From: an uncultured Planctomycetia bacterium
Lineage (GTDB): Bacteria; Omnitrophota; Gorgyraeia; Duberdicusellales; 4484-171
Assembly (NCBI GenBank): GCA_964483625.1
Contig: CAZABB010000006.1
Location: forward strand, 2,129 to 66,128
DNA: 64,000 nt
Direction: 5' to 3'
Shown: positions 1-9,652 of the stretch, one piece after another
Numbering within the stretch: the stretch's first letter is position 1
Layout of the letters: the number at the start of each line of letters is the position of its first letter
The notes under the pieces: generated by a model
What the model was told of the DNA's origin: nothing
Seen by the model: only the letters and a program-made list of their open reading frames with translations
The model's database searches: none
Translations under genes and position numbers: made by a program

Positions 1-1113
1 ATTGATCGTGGGAGGAAGGTATCCGTTCTTAAAAATCATTCCGCACAGCACGCTTTCCACCGCGTTGGCCGCCGCAAGAGGGTGGCCGATCATCGATTTA
101 ATCGAGCTGATGGGGACTTTATAGGCGTAGTCGCCGAAAACCCCCTTGTAGGCATTGGTTTCAAACACATCGTTCTGGCGGGTGGAAGATCCGTGCGCGT
201 TGATATAGCCGATGTCTTCATTCTCTATCCCCGCCTCCTCGATAGCTTCGCGAATACAGCGTTCCATGGCTTCACCGCTTTCGGGCAAATCGGTCATATG
301 GTAGGCATTACAGCTGGTCCCGTAACCGATGACTTCTCCGTAAATCGGCGCGCCTCTTTTTTTAGCATGCTCGAGTTCTTCCAGAATAAGAATCCCCGCA
401 CCTTCGGAAATCACAAATCCGTTTCGTTTATTATCGAACGGACGGCTTGCTTTATGCGGCTCGTCGTTATTTTTGGCAAGCACATTAACCACATCAAACG
501 CCCCGAAGGTGATCGGACATACCGGCGCCTCAGATGCCCCGGCAATAACCAGATCCTGCCGTCCGTCACGGATCAATTCGTAACTGAACCCCAAAGAATC
601 GGTCCCGGCCGTACACCCGGTTGAAACCGTACAGTTGAATCCTTGCGTACCGTAGAGAGCACTGATTTCGGCACTGGGAGTATTGAACATCGCCGCATCG
701 TAAAGAAAGGGGCGCCCTTTACGGGGATCGATGGGGTTCTTCCCCCACGCCGTCACCCGCAGGAACTCTTCCTCCATAAACCGCGTGCCGCAGATCGCGT
801 TAGCCAGGATGACGCCGCACCGCCTGCGGTCTAATGTGGCAAAATCAATCCGGCTGTCGGCAACCGCCTGAATCGCCGCACCGAGAGCGAACTGCACATA
901 TCGATCCATACGGAAATGGTCTTTAATCCCGAATTTTTCCGGGTCGAAGGCAAGATCCTGGGAAGCAATTTTGGAAACAAAAAGGCTGACGTCGAAATTC
1001 TCAACCCGTTCGATACAGGGCTTTCCCGCGATTAAGTTCTCGTAAAACGTGTCTTTATCCTCTCCGGCACCGCAGATGACGCCGAGCCCGGTAATGACGA
1101 CTTTTCTTTTCAT
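1..1113 (-). CDS. fabF: beta-ketoacyl-ACP synthase II, partial (3' end beyond window start)
   Basis: Minus-strand translation from 1113 reads MKRKVVITGLGVICGAGED (KAS N-terminus). The start ATG overlaps the upstream stop (ATGA). The frame stays open to the window edge, so it is absent from the ORF track; plus-strand ORFs 82..624 and 643..834 are antisense artefacts. Confidence 0.8.
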   Translation of the reverse strand, partial: MKRKVVITGLGVICGAGEDKDTFYENLIAGKPCIERVENFDVSLFVSKIASQDLAFDPEKFGIKDHFRMDRYVQFALGAAIQAVADSRIDFATLDRRRCGVILANAICGTRFMEEEFLRVTAWGKNPIDPRKGRPFLYDAAMFNTPSAEISALYGTQGFNCTVSTGCTAGTDSLGFSYELIRDGRQDLVIAGASEAPVCPITFGAFDVVNVLAKNNDEPHKASRPFDNKRNGFVISEGAGILILEELEHAKKRGAPIYGEVIGYGTSCNAYHMTDLPESGEAMERCIREAIEEAGIENEDIGYINAHGSSTRQNDVFETNAYKGVFGDYAYKVPISSIKSMIGHPLAAANAVESVLCGMIFKNGYLPPTIN

Positions 1114-1712
1114 TCTATTCTCCTTACCTTAAACTTCAAATTCCCGCCGTCGGGACACGCGGTACCGGTCTTACAGTTTTCGTCCTCTTCGAAAGAAAAC
1201 TTCGCCCCGAAATTGAGCGCGAATAAAACCGGAAAGAGCGCACTATAGGCAGCGCCGCAGAAACTATCCGGCGTTTTCAACCCTTTCACCTCCCATTTCT
1301 GTCCCGACACATAGCCAAAGGTACACCGGCCGCAGACCTCCTGGACTTCAATTTCCATATTTTTAGGATTGGGCCCCTTCGGCTTCTCCTTCCGTGGTTC
1401 GACAATGATATTGCCGGCTTGGTCTAAAACCTCGACCTTAAACGTCAGCTTGGCGTTATCGGGACAGGTCACCTTAATCGAACGCATATTCTCCATAAAC
1501 GGGAACTGTGCCCCGAAGGTCAACGCGTACAAGCAGGGAAATGCCGACTGGGAAAGCCCCAGACAAAAATCTTTCGGGGGATGAGTGAAATCATCGAGAA
1601 CAATCTCATCTCCTACGTTATAGTGATGATAACAATATCCTTTCTGCTCAAGGACGGTCATTTTAAGTTTGGGAAATGTTACTTTCTGGGAAGCTTCTTT
1701 GTTCTCATCCAT
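1110..1712 (-). CDS. tandem Cys-rich TIGR04076-like domain protein
   Basis: 200-aa ORF with two internal repeats sharing CxG...AFPCLYALTFGAQFPF and ALFPVLFALNFGAKFSF motifs. The family call is from memory and unverified. Confidence 0.4.
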   Translation of the reverse strand: MDENKEASQKVTFPKLKMTVLEQKGYCYHHYNVGDEIVLDDFTHPPKDFCLGLSQSAFPCLYALTFGAQFPFMENMRSIKVTCPDNAKLTFKVEVLDQAGNIIVEPRKEKPKGPNPKNMEIEVQEVCGRCTFGYVSGQKWEVKGLKTPDSFCGAAYSALFPVLFALNFGAKFSFEEDENCKTGTACPDGGNLKFKVRRIE

Positions 1713-2718
1713 GGATTTCCTCCTTTATCGACATACATTCAGAGATCAGCTCCTCACGGGTAAAAAATTCCTTTTTAGCCTCAACCCTATGGACCAGATC
1801 AACCAGTTTTCTGTTTAAAGAAGCGTCTTTACCGATACTTTTAGCCAACCGTACGATCTCGCCGTTGATATAATCGATCTCAGATGGTTTCCCGCGCTGA
1901 ATGCTCTGCAAGATCGACCCGTAGAGTGGTTCTTTACTTAAAGACATCATGATCTTAGAAAAAAACGCCGCCGCTTTATCAATCGGCATACCGAGGAGTC
2001 CTTCGATGCGCTCTTTGGGATAGCCGGGTAGACTTTCCAACATAATCCCGGCTAAAGACACGATACGGAACGCCTCCCGATTCAGCCGGATCGCACACTC
2101 GGCTACGTTTACGTCAGCAAATGCCTCCTGCATCGAAACCCCCAGGATAGCGGCAATACAATTATTCAGATTAATAAAGAGCTTAAGATATTTCGCTCCC
2201 AGGATATTTTCCGAACGCACCACACCACTGACCGTACGTAATATTTCCGTCAATACCTCTGTCTGGGGAGGAAGCGCGCCGGAAAGAGAACCGATAACAA
2301 AATCCCCTTCAAAATTATGCACTATCCGGTTGGGCGGATAGAACGTCGCTCCAAACATCACGATACCGGTAATGATATTTCGCGAGTCAACATATTCCTG
2401 TACGATCGCATCGGCGGCAATCCCGTTCTGGGTGGTCACAACGACGGCATCTTTCAGGTAGCGATGATTACGGTGCACGATCTCCTTTAGGTCGCCGATT
2501 TTCGTCGCAAGAATCGCGACTTCAACCGGTTGAGACAATTCCGTCACCACCTTAACCGCAGCTCTATGCGCACCCCGAACTCCCTCGATACGCATGCCTT
2601 CTGAAACAACCGCATCAACCTGGTAATCTTTTACCACACACCCCACCTCAAGCCGTTCACTCATATATCCGGCAAATAATCCGCCAATAGCTCCGCACCC
2701 AAGCACCGCAATGTTCAT
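1705..2718 (-). CDS. panE: 2-dehydropantoate 2-reductase (ketopantoate reductase)
   Basis: MNIAVLGCGAIGG Rossmann N-terminus with ApbA/PanE-like length. ATG at 2718 is preferred over the track start at 2733. Confidence 0.75.
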   Translation of the reverse strand: MNIAVLGCGAIGGLFAGYMSERLEVGCVVKDYQVDAVVSEGMRIEGVRGAHRAAVKVVTELSQPVEVAILATKIGDLKEIVHRNHRYLKDAVVVTTQNGIAADAIVQEYVDSRNIITGIVMFGATFYPPNRIVHNFEGDFVIGSLSGALPPQTEVLTEILRTVSGVVRSENILGAKYLKLFINLNNCIAAILGVSMQEAFADVNVAECAIRLNREAFRIVSLAGIMLESLPGYPKERIEGLLGMPIDKAAAFFSKIMMSLSKEPLYGSILQSIQRGKPSEIDYINGEIVRLAKSIGKDASLNRKLVDLVHRVEAKKEFFTREELISECMSIKEEIHG

Positions 2719-3167
2719 GATTTCTTCTCGCAATATTTTTTGAGCGCTCCCAGTACTTTATCCAGCCCCTTGGTGTGCATCTTCTTAAACATAAGCCCCC
2801 AGAGCATTCGTTGCACCGGATTCTTCAATTGGTAACAGAACCGGTAGACGATTTCAACCGCCATGCCGGCACGATGTATGAAAAATTCTTCGTATCCCCC
2901 TTGAAACATTCCGTCCAGAAAGTCACGCCGCAGATACTTTTGCGTCCTGTCAACGATCGCGTTACGTTTATGCCACGCCGGGCCGAAGGGAAATTTTGCC
3001 TTCTGCCAATACAGGGTCCCCGGACCGGTACCGCCGGAGAGGTTCGTAAACCGCATCGCCAGATTCTCCGGCCACCACCGGCTTTCAGACGCCTTTACCA
3101 ATTCTTCGAACACATCGGTATCGGGATCGGCTAAGGCGATATGAATATTCTGTTTAAGCGCCTGCAT
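2715..3167 (-). CDS. hypothetical protein (possible SRPBCC/START-like fold)
   Basis: 150-aa ORF on the same strand, packed between panE and the downstream gene. No diagnostic motif. Confidence 0.35.
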   Translation of the reverse strand: MQALKQNIHIALADPDTDVFEELVKASESRWWPENLAMRFTNLSGGTGPGTLYWQKAKFPFGPAWHKRNAIVDRTQKYLRRDFLDGMFQGGYEEFFIHRAGMAVEIVYRFCYQLKNPVQRMLWGLMFKKMHTKGLDKVLGALKKYCEKKS

Positions 3168-3426
3168 CGTCTACGAACTGTTGATAGTCGATGTGTAAAT
3201 GCTGAAACAACCGGCGCATCATATCCCGAAACGCCGGAGGAACTTCCCGGAAAAAAGCTTCGATCAAATCTTTTTCCTGGACGGATTGCGAGCCGCGGGA
3301 TGCGGCAATCTCTTCAGCGCATTCTTTTACCAGCTGTTCGGCGATGGACCGGTGAAATTGAGGAAGGTTCCCGATCACGGTATCGAAAATGTCTTGTGTC
3401 TTTTTATCCCACGCTATATCTGCCAT
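3154..3426 (-). CDS. hypothetical small protein
   Basis: 90-aa ORF, co-directional and overlapping the neighbouring gene by 14 nt. Confidence 0.35.
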   Translation of the reverse strand: MADIAWDKKTQDIFDTVIGNLPQFHRSIAEQLVKECAEEIAASRGSQSVQEKDLIEAFFREVPPAFRDMMRRLFQHLHIDYQQFVDDAGA

Positions 3427-3436
3427 ACAAGATCCT

Positions 3437-3540
3437 TTCTATTAAAAATTCCAAGCTCCAAGATCCAAATTCCAAATAAATCTCAAACTCCAAATCTCAA
3501 ACAGGTTTTCGTTTAGAACATTGTGATTTTGGTTATTGGA
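3437..3540. repeat. degenerate heptamer array (A/C)TCCAA(A/G), about 7 units
   Basis: Sequence attccaag ctccaag atccaaa ttccaaa ... ctccaaa tctcaaa in the intergenic region between the PNP-family gene and the 90-aa ORF. Confidence 0.5.
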
Positions 3541-3637
3541 GTTTCCCGTACATAAATGCAATTTATTTAACGGGATCCCGCTGAATAATGAAATTATGGA
3601 ACGGGATATTTGGAAATTGTGATTTGTAATTTGTATA

Positions 3638-4378
3638 TCATACATTTCCTATCAATTGAAATGCGCCGTTAATCATTTTCATTTCGGCTTCGAAATACCG
3701 GTAATCGGTGAACCCGAGCTGTCCGGTAATCAGATTGTCGGAAACCGCAAGAACAACGGCAACCCTGCTCTTATAGAGGTTAGCCAGGGTTACAAAGGGA
3801 CTGGTCACCATATCCACCGCAATCGCGCCTTTCTCGATATAGGAATTCACGATATCCTTGGTTTCGCGGAAGATGGCATCGGTCGTCCAGATGCCGCCGC
3901 GATGGGCCCCGCCGATCTGCCGAAACGTCTCCTCAAGCGATGAAGTCAATGCCGTATCGACCAAAGGCGTATAATCGTTATCTACGTAATACTGCGTCGC
4001 TCCGTCGCCGCGAATTATGGTATCGCCGATAATGAAATCGCCGATCGCAATATCTTCCCGCAACGCCCCGCAGGAACCGATACGAATAAGCGTCTTGACT
4101 CCGGCGGCACAGACCAGTTCGGTAACAAAAGCCGAATCCGGCGCGTAGAATCCGCCGTTGCCGACGGTGATTCGTTTCCCGTTATAGGTACCGGTCCAGA
4201 ATGTGTACCCTAAAAACGTAAAATTCTTAACCGGGTCATGGAGCTTATCGACACACATCTTCGCCCGCTGCGGCTGGCCGCTGATGACAGCAACATCGCC
4301 AAAATCTCCTTGGCGAAACTGCAAAGAATCCAGTAAACCTTTAGGCTCCATATGAACATCTCTGGTCATCATAGTCAT
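3638..4378 (-). CDS. nucleoside phosphorylase (PNP/UDP family 1)
   Basis: Core RIGSCGAL...GDFIIGD and VDMVTSPF motifs typical of purine/uridine phosphorylases. Confidence 0.7.
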   Translation of the reverse strand: MTMMTRDVHMEPKGLLDSLQFRQGDFGDVAVISGQPQRAKMCVDKLHDPVKNFTFLGYTFWTGTYNGKRITVGNGGFYAPDSAFVTELVCAAGVKTLIRIGSCGALREDIAIGDFIIGDTIIRGDGATQYYVDNDYTPLVDTALTSSLEETFRQIGGAHRGGIWTTDAIFRETKDIVNSYIEKGAIAVDMVTSPFVTLANLYKSRVAVVLAVSDNLITGQLGFTDYRYFEAEMKMINGAFQLIGNV

Positions 4379-4391
4379 TACTCCTTCAATT

Positions 4392-4479
4392 AGTCACAAA
4401 GTCACACGTAACAATCACAATGCTGTATTCTCTTGACGTGTGTCGTGTGACGTGTGTCGTGTGGCGTGTGTCGTGTGAC
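4392..4479. repeat. GTCACA/TGTGAC inverted-repeat element (locus A)
   Basis: TAGTCACAAAGTCACACG ... CGTGTGTCGTGTGA / CGTGTGTCGTGTGG / CGTGTGTCGTGTGA (three tandem 14-mers), ending in TGTGACTTTTCA. The tandem units encode the odd C-terminal tail of the acyl-CoA ligase ORF. Confidence 0.7.
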
Positions 4480-5977
4480 TTTTCAGCGCTTGTTTATCGA
4501 TTTTTCCCGTCCGGTTCTTCGGCAGAGAGGTCACGAATTCAAAATGATGCGGAATTTTAAAGTGAGCGAGATGTTCTTTTAAAAACCCCCGCAATTCATC
4601 AACTGATAATTGAGCTCCTGGGGCTAACACCATAAATGCTTTCGGCACTTCTCCCCGTAATGAATCAGCAACGCCGATCACAGCGACTTCTTTGATCGCA
4701 GGGTGTCTCTGCATTTTTTCTTCGACTTCAACCGAAAAAACAATTTCTCCCGCCACTTTGATCATATCCTTTTTGCGGCCGACGATATAGAATAGCCCGG
4801 CCTCGTCACAATACGCGATATCTCCGGTTTTCAGCCAACCATCACACGTGAGGACTTCTTTGGTCAACCCCTCTTCCCGGTAGTATCCCTTCATGACCCC
4901 TTTGCCCTTCACCCATAATTCACCGTGTACCCCCATCGGACAACCCTTCCCCTGGTCATCAACAATTTTTGCCTGCATTGCGGGAGAAAACTTTCCGATA
5001 CTGTGGATCTTCGTTATATCGTTGGGAGAATACGTATTGGGGGCTGATGTCTCGGTCATCCCCCAGCCATTTAAAAGAGCCGTCGTGGGGCACATCTTCT
5101 TAAATCGTTGCAGAAGAACCGGGGAGGAAGGCGCGCCAAATACCACCGCCCACCGTAATGAGGAAAGGTCGAACGCATCATGTTCCTTAAGAGAAAGAAT
5201 CGCGATAAACATCGCCGGAACAATACAAAAAATAGTCCCCCGATGCTGTTGAATCATGCGTAAGAACTCCAACGGCTGGAATCGTTCCATCAATACCAGA
5301 GGCGAAGCAAAACGGATCATAAGCAAAATATAATCCAGTCCGGCGATATGAGAGAATGGTATTCCTGCGCAGACAAAAACATCCTGATCGGTTATCTTAA
5401 GAAAGTAATCCATCGTCTCAAGGGGACTCAGAAGATGAGCATAGGTAAGCATGACGCCTTTGGGGTGACCGGTAGACCCGGAGGTATAAAAGACAGCCGC
5501 AAGGCGGCCGGGATCAACTTCACCTTTGGGCAAATGAGCAGGCATCGCGGCCATGATCTCATTCCAGTTGACGGTGGCGCCGGCCTCTTCTCCCTGCACG
5601 ATAACATGTTTTAATCCCGAACATGCCCGCATAATGGAGCCGACATCGATTCCTTTTTTAGGCTGGATAAGCAACACCTCCGCCCCACTGTGATTGATAA
5701 ACTGAATAATTTCATCTTCAGTCAACATGAAGTCTAACGGTATAACGGTACCTTGAGCGCTGAAAACACCCGAAAAGCTTATCAATGTTTCCGGGGTATT
5801 AGGTAAATAGATAGCAATTTTAGGTTCGCTACCGAGATTAAGACCGAGAAGATAATTGGCCAATTTGAACGCAGCTTTGGCGATCTGAGGGAACGTCATT
5901 TTCTTTTCCTTATATATAAGCATCGGACGATCCCGGTAACGATCACATTGTTCGATAAGCAGTTGTTTTATATCCAT
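4415..5977 (-). CDS. long-chain fatty acid--CoA ligase (AMP-binding enzyme)
   Basis: Motifs YTSGSTGHPKGV, TGDIAYCDEAGLFYIVGRKKDMIKVAGE and LPKNRTGKIDKQALK. The last roughly 20 aa (SHTTHATRHTSHDTRQENTAL) are read from the GTGTGAC tandem repeats. Confidence 0.8.
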   Translation of the reverse strand: MDIKQLLIEQCDRYRDRPMLIYKEKKMTFPQIAKAAFKLANYLLGLNLGSEPKIAIYLPNTPETLISFSGVFSAQGTVIPLDFMLTEDEIIQFINHSGAEVLLIQPKKGIDVGSIMRACSGLKHVIVQGEEAGATVNWNEIMAAMPAHLPKGEVDPGRLAAVFYTSGSTGHPKGVMLTYAHLLSPLETMDYFLKITDQDVFVCAGIPFSHIAGLDYILLMIRFASPLVLMERFQPLEFLRMIQQHRGTIFCIVPAMFIAILSLKEHDAFDLSSLRWAVVFGAPSSPVLLQRFKKMCPTTALLNGWGMTETSAPNTYSPNDITKIHSIGKFSPAMQAKIVDDQGKGCPMGVHGELWVKGKGVMKGYYREEGLTKEVLTCDGWLKTGDIAYCDEAGLFYIVGRKKDMIKVAGEIVFSVEVEEKMQRHPAIKEVAVIGVADSLRGEVPKAFMVLAPGAQLSVDELRGFLKEHLAHFKIPHHFEFVTSLPKNRTGKIDKQALKSHTTHATRHTSHDTRQENTAL

Positions 5978-6086
5978 ATCTTCTTTCCTCCTGGGGTTAT
6001 AGTAAAATTTTATTAGTTAAATTTTACTATTTATACCTAAAAAGTCAATGGCATTTTTCCCTGTGTCTCAAGGGATCCGCTAAACC

Positions 6087-6617
6087 CTATACGCCTTGTT
6101 TTAATTGGTTCTTTACCGTGCTCACCATCTCCCGCAAAAATACTTTCTCAGTCGCAACGAGGGCGAGATGGTGTTCTAAGAGTAATTGAATATTGCGGGG
6201 AGAATCCTCTAACTGGTTCTGTTTCTCAATCAACCACTGCTCCACTTCACGTAAAAACCTCATCCTGAGCCGCAAAAGAGGCAAGACTTCTTTTTTATTC
6301 AGAAAAGCAAGAAAATAAAGCGGGATATCGATTTCGATGAAGGGACGCCGCTGTGAACGAAGCGCTTCCTTGGCCAGACGGGAAAACTCTTTTTCTCCCT
6401 TGGCGGTAATACAATAGCGGTATTTACGCAGACGGGCACTCTTGATTTCTTTTTTCTCGACAAGCCCTTCCTTCTCCATCTTCTGAAGAGGATAATAAAT
6501 CGATTTGGTTTCCAGCTGAGAAAACGATCCGAGTTCGTTGGTGATGAATTTTTTAATATCGTAGCCGGTGGCGGGATTTTTTTTTAAAATACCCAGGATA
6601 ATGAATCGTTGAATCAT
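6087..6617 (-). CDS. PadR family transcriptional regulator
   Basis: N-terminal winged helix ILGILKKNPATGYDIKKFI...YYPLQKMEKEGLV. Confidence 0.7.
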   Translation of the reverse strand: MIQRFIILGILKKNPATGYDIKKFITNELGSFSQLETKSIYYPLQKMEKEGLVEKKEIKSARLRKYRYCITAKGEKEFSRLAKEALRSQRRPFIEIDIPLYFLAFLNKKEVLPLLRLRMRFLREVEQWLIEKQNQLEDSPRNIQLLLEHHLALVATEKVFLREMVSTVKNQLKQGV

Positions 6618-7594
6618 TCTTTAAACATTCCCAGTTTTCTGAATTTCTGATAGCGGTTCTCTAAAAGCGTATCGGTATCTATGCTTTTCAATTGGGCAAG
6701 TTGGGCCAAAAGAATATTTTTCAGATTATTCGCTGCCTCAGACGGACTGCGATGAGCCCCTCCTTCGGGTTCGGGGATAACATCATCGATGATCCCCAGT
6801 TCAAGAAGTTCCGGCCCCGTCAGCTTAAGCGTCCGGGCCGCATCGGGAGCCCGCCGGGAATCTTTCCAGAGAATTGCCGCGCATCCTTCCGGAGAAATGA
6901 CCGAATAATACGAATACTCCATAATAAATACCCTATCGCCCACGCCGATGCCAAGCGCGCCGCCGGAACCACCTTCACCGATGACCACAACGATAACGGG
7001 CGTACGGATGCTGAACATATCCCGGATATTCTCGGCAATCGCCAATGCCTGGCCGCGTTCTTCGGCCCCGATCCCCGGATATGCGCCGGGTGTATCGACC
7101 AAGCAGATAACCGGCAGAGAGAACCGCTCTCCCAGCCGCATCAGACGTATCGCCTTACGATATCCTTCCGGATGCGCGCAGCCGAAATTCCGTTCGATAT
7201 TTTCCTTGGTATCCTTCCCTTTCTGATGTCCAATAACAACTACTTTCTCATCTTCTATCGTCGCAAGACCGGAAATAATGGCCTTATCGTCGCCGTAAAG
7301 CCGATCGCCGTGCAGTTCGATAAAATCCTTCATAATCAGATTGATGTAATCCATCGTTGTCGGCCGTTGCGGATGGCGGGATATCTGGACTTTCTGCCAG
7401 GGACTCAGGTGAGAATAGATCTCCCGTTTCAATTCTTTCAGTTTCTTCTGGAGATTATCCAATTCAGAGGAAAGGTTGACCTCTTTATCCTTGGAAAATT
7501 CGGTCAGCTCTCTGATCTTATCCTCCAACCCTTCAATCGGTTTTTCAAAATCCCAGTACTGCATAAAAATCAGGATTCTTAGGTAGTCCCGCAT
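6614..7594 (-). CDS. accA: acetyl-CoA carboxylase carboxyltransferase subunit alpha
   Basis: Motifs PQRPTTMDYI, ICLVDTPGAYPGIGAEERGQ and GEGGSGGAL. The real start is probably the MQYWDFEKP Met at 7564. The 296-aa plus-strand ORF 6692..7582 is antisense. Confidence 0.85.
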   Translation of the reverse strand: MRDYLRILIFMQYWDFEKPIEGLEDKIRELTEFSKDKEVNLSSELDNLQKKLKELKREIYSHLSPWQKVQISRHPQRPTTMDYINLIMKDFIELHGDRLYGDDKAIISGLATIEDEKVVVIGHQKGKDTKENIERNFGCAHPEGYRKAIRLMRLGERFSLPVICLVDTPGAYPGIGAEERGQALAIAENIRDMFSIRTPVIVVVIGEGGSGGALGIGVGDRVFIMEYSYYSVISPEGCAAILWKDSRRAPDAARTLKLTGPELLELGIIDDVIPEPEGGAHRSPSEAANNLKNILLAQLAQLKSIDTDTLLENRYQKFRKLGMFKE

Positions 7595-7658
7595 ACGCGC
7601 TTTGCGCTCTGCGGGATCCCGCCCAGAATAGAATTAGCAGGCGGGACGATTAGTAAAA

Positions 7659-8465
7659 TTATTCGATGACAATAACCTCGGTCCCTACCGGTATAATATC
7701 ATAAAGCTCTTCAACATCGGCATTATGCATCCGCACGCAGCCCAGAGTGACCTGTTCGCCTATCTTGTCCGGAGCCCGGGTTCCGTGGATACCATAGCCT
7801 TTCTCATCAAATCCCATCCAGCGCGACCCGAGAATATTTTCGGGACTATCGGGAGGGATCACCGCTCCGGTACGGAACCAGGTAGGGTTTTTAAGCTTAT
7901 TAATGATCTTAAACGTTCCTACCGGCGTCGATCCGTCACTGCCGGTACTAACCCCGTAGGTTTTTACAACCTCTCCGTTACGTTTTAAAAACAGCACATT
8001 CTGCGATTTATCGACGACAACCGAAAACGGACAGGTATTGACTTTAAGCTTCTGCTTTGGCCGGATAATGTGTGAATTCAGATTATTTGCTCTCTGGATA
8101 AGCGCCACGGTCGTATTATATTTTTTGGCAATCTTGATCAGCATATCATTGGGGTTAACCACATATTCGGTACTGCATTCATCAAGAACCGGCGAGAACA
8201 GGAGCCTGATCGTGGCTGTCTCCAGATAACTCCTGGCTTCTTCGATAACATTGGAATCCTCGGTGCTTTCCAAGACCTGCTTATAGATCTGCCGGGCTTG
8301 CAGGAAATCGCCTTCCGAGAGAGCCTGAGTCCCCTCTTTTATCGAAGCCCCGATTTCCCCTTTGGGGATACTTCGTTGTGAGGATTTCCGGTTTAAGATG
8401 AACACCGAACTGACCAGAAAGATGACAATAATCCCCGCTAGAATAAACACAATCTGTCTACGCAT
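7659..8465 (-). CDS. LysM domain-containing L,D-transpeptidase (YkuD family)
   Basis: N-terminal TM segment, a LysM domain (NPNDMLIKIAKKYNTTVALIQRANNL) and the YkuD catalytic motif HGT...GCVRM. Confidence 0.75.
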   Translation of the reverse strand: MRRQIVFILAGIIVIFLVSSVFILNRKSSQRSIPKGEIGASIKEGTQALSEGDFLQARQIYKQVLESTEDSNVIEEARSYLETATIRLLFSPVLDECSTEYVVNPNDMLIKIAKKYNTTVALIQRANNLNSHIIRPKQKLKVNTCPFSVVVDKSQNVLFLKRNGEVVKTYGVSTGSDGSTPVGTFKIINKLKNPTWFRTGAVIPPDSPENILGSRWMGFDEKGYGIHGTRAPDKIGEQVTLGCVRMHNADVEELYDIIPVGTEVIVIE

Positions 8466-8493
8466 TCTTAAACCTCCCCTTTCATTTCCCTTC

Positions 8494-8973
8494 TTACAAA
8501 TATGCGATGAATGCGACCAGAAATCCGATCAACGCCCCCACGAAAACTTCGATAGGACTGTGGCCGACAAGCTCTCTCAACCTGTCTTCGGTCACCCGGT
8601 TCCCGCGGTGAATATCATCCATCATGTGGTTTAAAATCTTTGCCTGTACTCCGATCGACCGACGCCAGGTCTGGGCATCGAACATCGTAATCAGCGCAAA
8701 CATGACCGCCAGAGCAAACATCGGCGAGAAAAACCCCAATTCACGTCCTACCGCGAACGCCAGGGCGCACACTGCGGCACTATGCGCCGAAGGCATCCCT
8801 CCGGTACGGAGTATCCATACGAAATTGAAGCGTTTCTCCCTGATAAGCCCGCCGCAGATCTTGATTCCCTGAGCAATACCCCAGCTGAGTATCGTCAGCC
8901 AGAGCGGTTTGTTATAGAACAACTCTTCCAGCCAATTTTCCATACTCTTTATTATAAAGAGAAAAAAGATCAT
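8494..8973 (-). CDS. divergent PAP2 family membrane protein
   Basis: GGMPSAHSAAV...GHSPIEV motifs with multiple TM segments. Confidence 0.55.
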   Translation of the reverse strand: MIFFLFIIKSMENWLEELFYNKPLWLTILSWGIAQGIKICGGLIREKRFNFVWILRTGGMPSAHSAAVCALAFAVGRELGFFSPMFALAVMFALITMFDAQTWRRSIGVQAKILNHMMDDIHRGNRVTEDRLRELVGHSPIEVFVGALIGFLVAFIAYL

Positions 8974-9072
8974 CGCAAGCTTTAATTGGTACCTTAAAAA
9001 CCGCGTTTTTTAGGGGGTGTGGATGCCGTAAAACCAAGAAAAATATTGACAGAATAACGATTTAATGATAGC

Positions 9073-9483
9073 TTGCCCTTGATGTCACAAAGCAGTACGA
9101 AAAGAATACTGGTCGTAGACGATGAAAAAGAAGTTGTTGAGTACCTGCGATCAATCCTGCAAAGGGCAAGCTATGAAGTCATATCCACAACGCAAGGGAA
9201 AGAGGCGGTCGATCTCGCGTTCCGTAACAAGCCCGATTTGATCATTCTCGATGTACTCATCCCCGATCTCCGGGGTGAAGAAATTTACCGGCTTCTTTCG
9301 GAGAACCCCGAAACCGCCGGCATTCCCATTATTTTCCTGACCGGGATCATTACCGAGGAAGACGAAAGCTTTATTCAGAATCTCACCGGAAGATCCCGTC
9401 TCCTGGCAAAACCCACCACGAAGGAAAAGATCCTGGATGCGATCCATAAAACCCTGGAAGACCCTGATCTTTCCTTCTCTTAG
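9073..9483 (+). CDS. response regulator (single receiver domain)
   Basis: ILVVDDE...DLIILDVLIPD...IIFLTG...LAKP CheY-like motifs. Confidence 0.75.
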   Translation: MPLMSQSSTKRILVVDDEKEVVEYLRSILQRASYEVISTTQGKEAVDLAFRNKPDLIILDVLIPDLRGEEIYRLLSENPETAGIPIIFLTGIITEEDESFIQNLTGRSRLLAKPTTKEKILDAIHKTLEDPDLSFS

Positions 9484-9652
9484 ACAGAAGAGATAATTTT
9501 TCATAACCCCTTGAATTTGAAGCATAAATGTTTTATATAGGAGTTTGTTCGAGGCAAACAAAACTCGGCACTACCAATATGTAGAGGAGAAGAAAGAAAC
9601 GAAACCCCATATATTGGGAAGTAGAAACGCAGCTTAAAAAAGGAGGAGAACA

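Noticed and set aside
82-834. Plus-strand ORFs 82..624 and 643..834
   Set aside because: They lie antisense within the fabF coding region, whose minus-strand frame is open to the window edge with a clear KAS N-terminus.
4392-4479. Possible CRISPR array from CGTGTGTCGTGTGAC tandem repeats (also at 59,865-59,966 and 61,290-61,326)
   Set aside because: The units are 14-15 bp, directly abutting or separated by irregular short gaps, with no 25-45 bp spacers and no cas genes. They behave as inverted-repeat hairpin elements.
6692-7582. 296-aa plus-strand ORF
   Set aside because: Antisense to accA, which has unambiguous carboxyltransferase motifs. Its product is low-complexity with no RBS.
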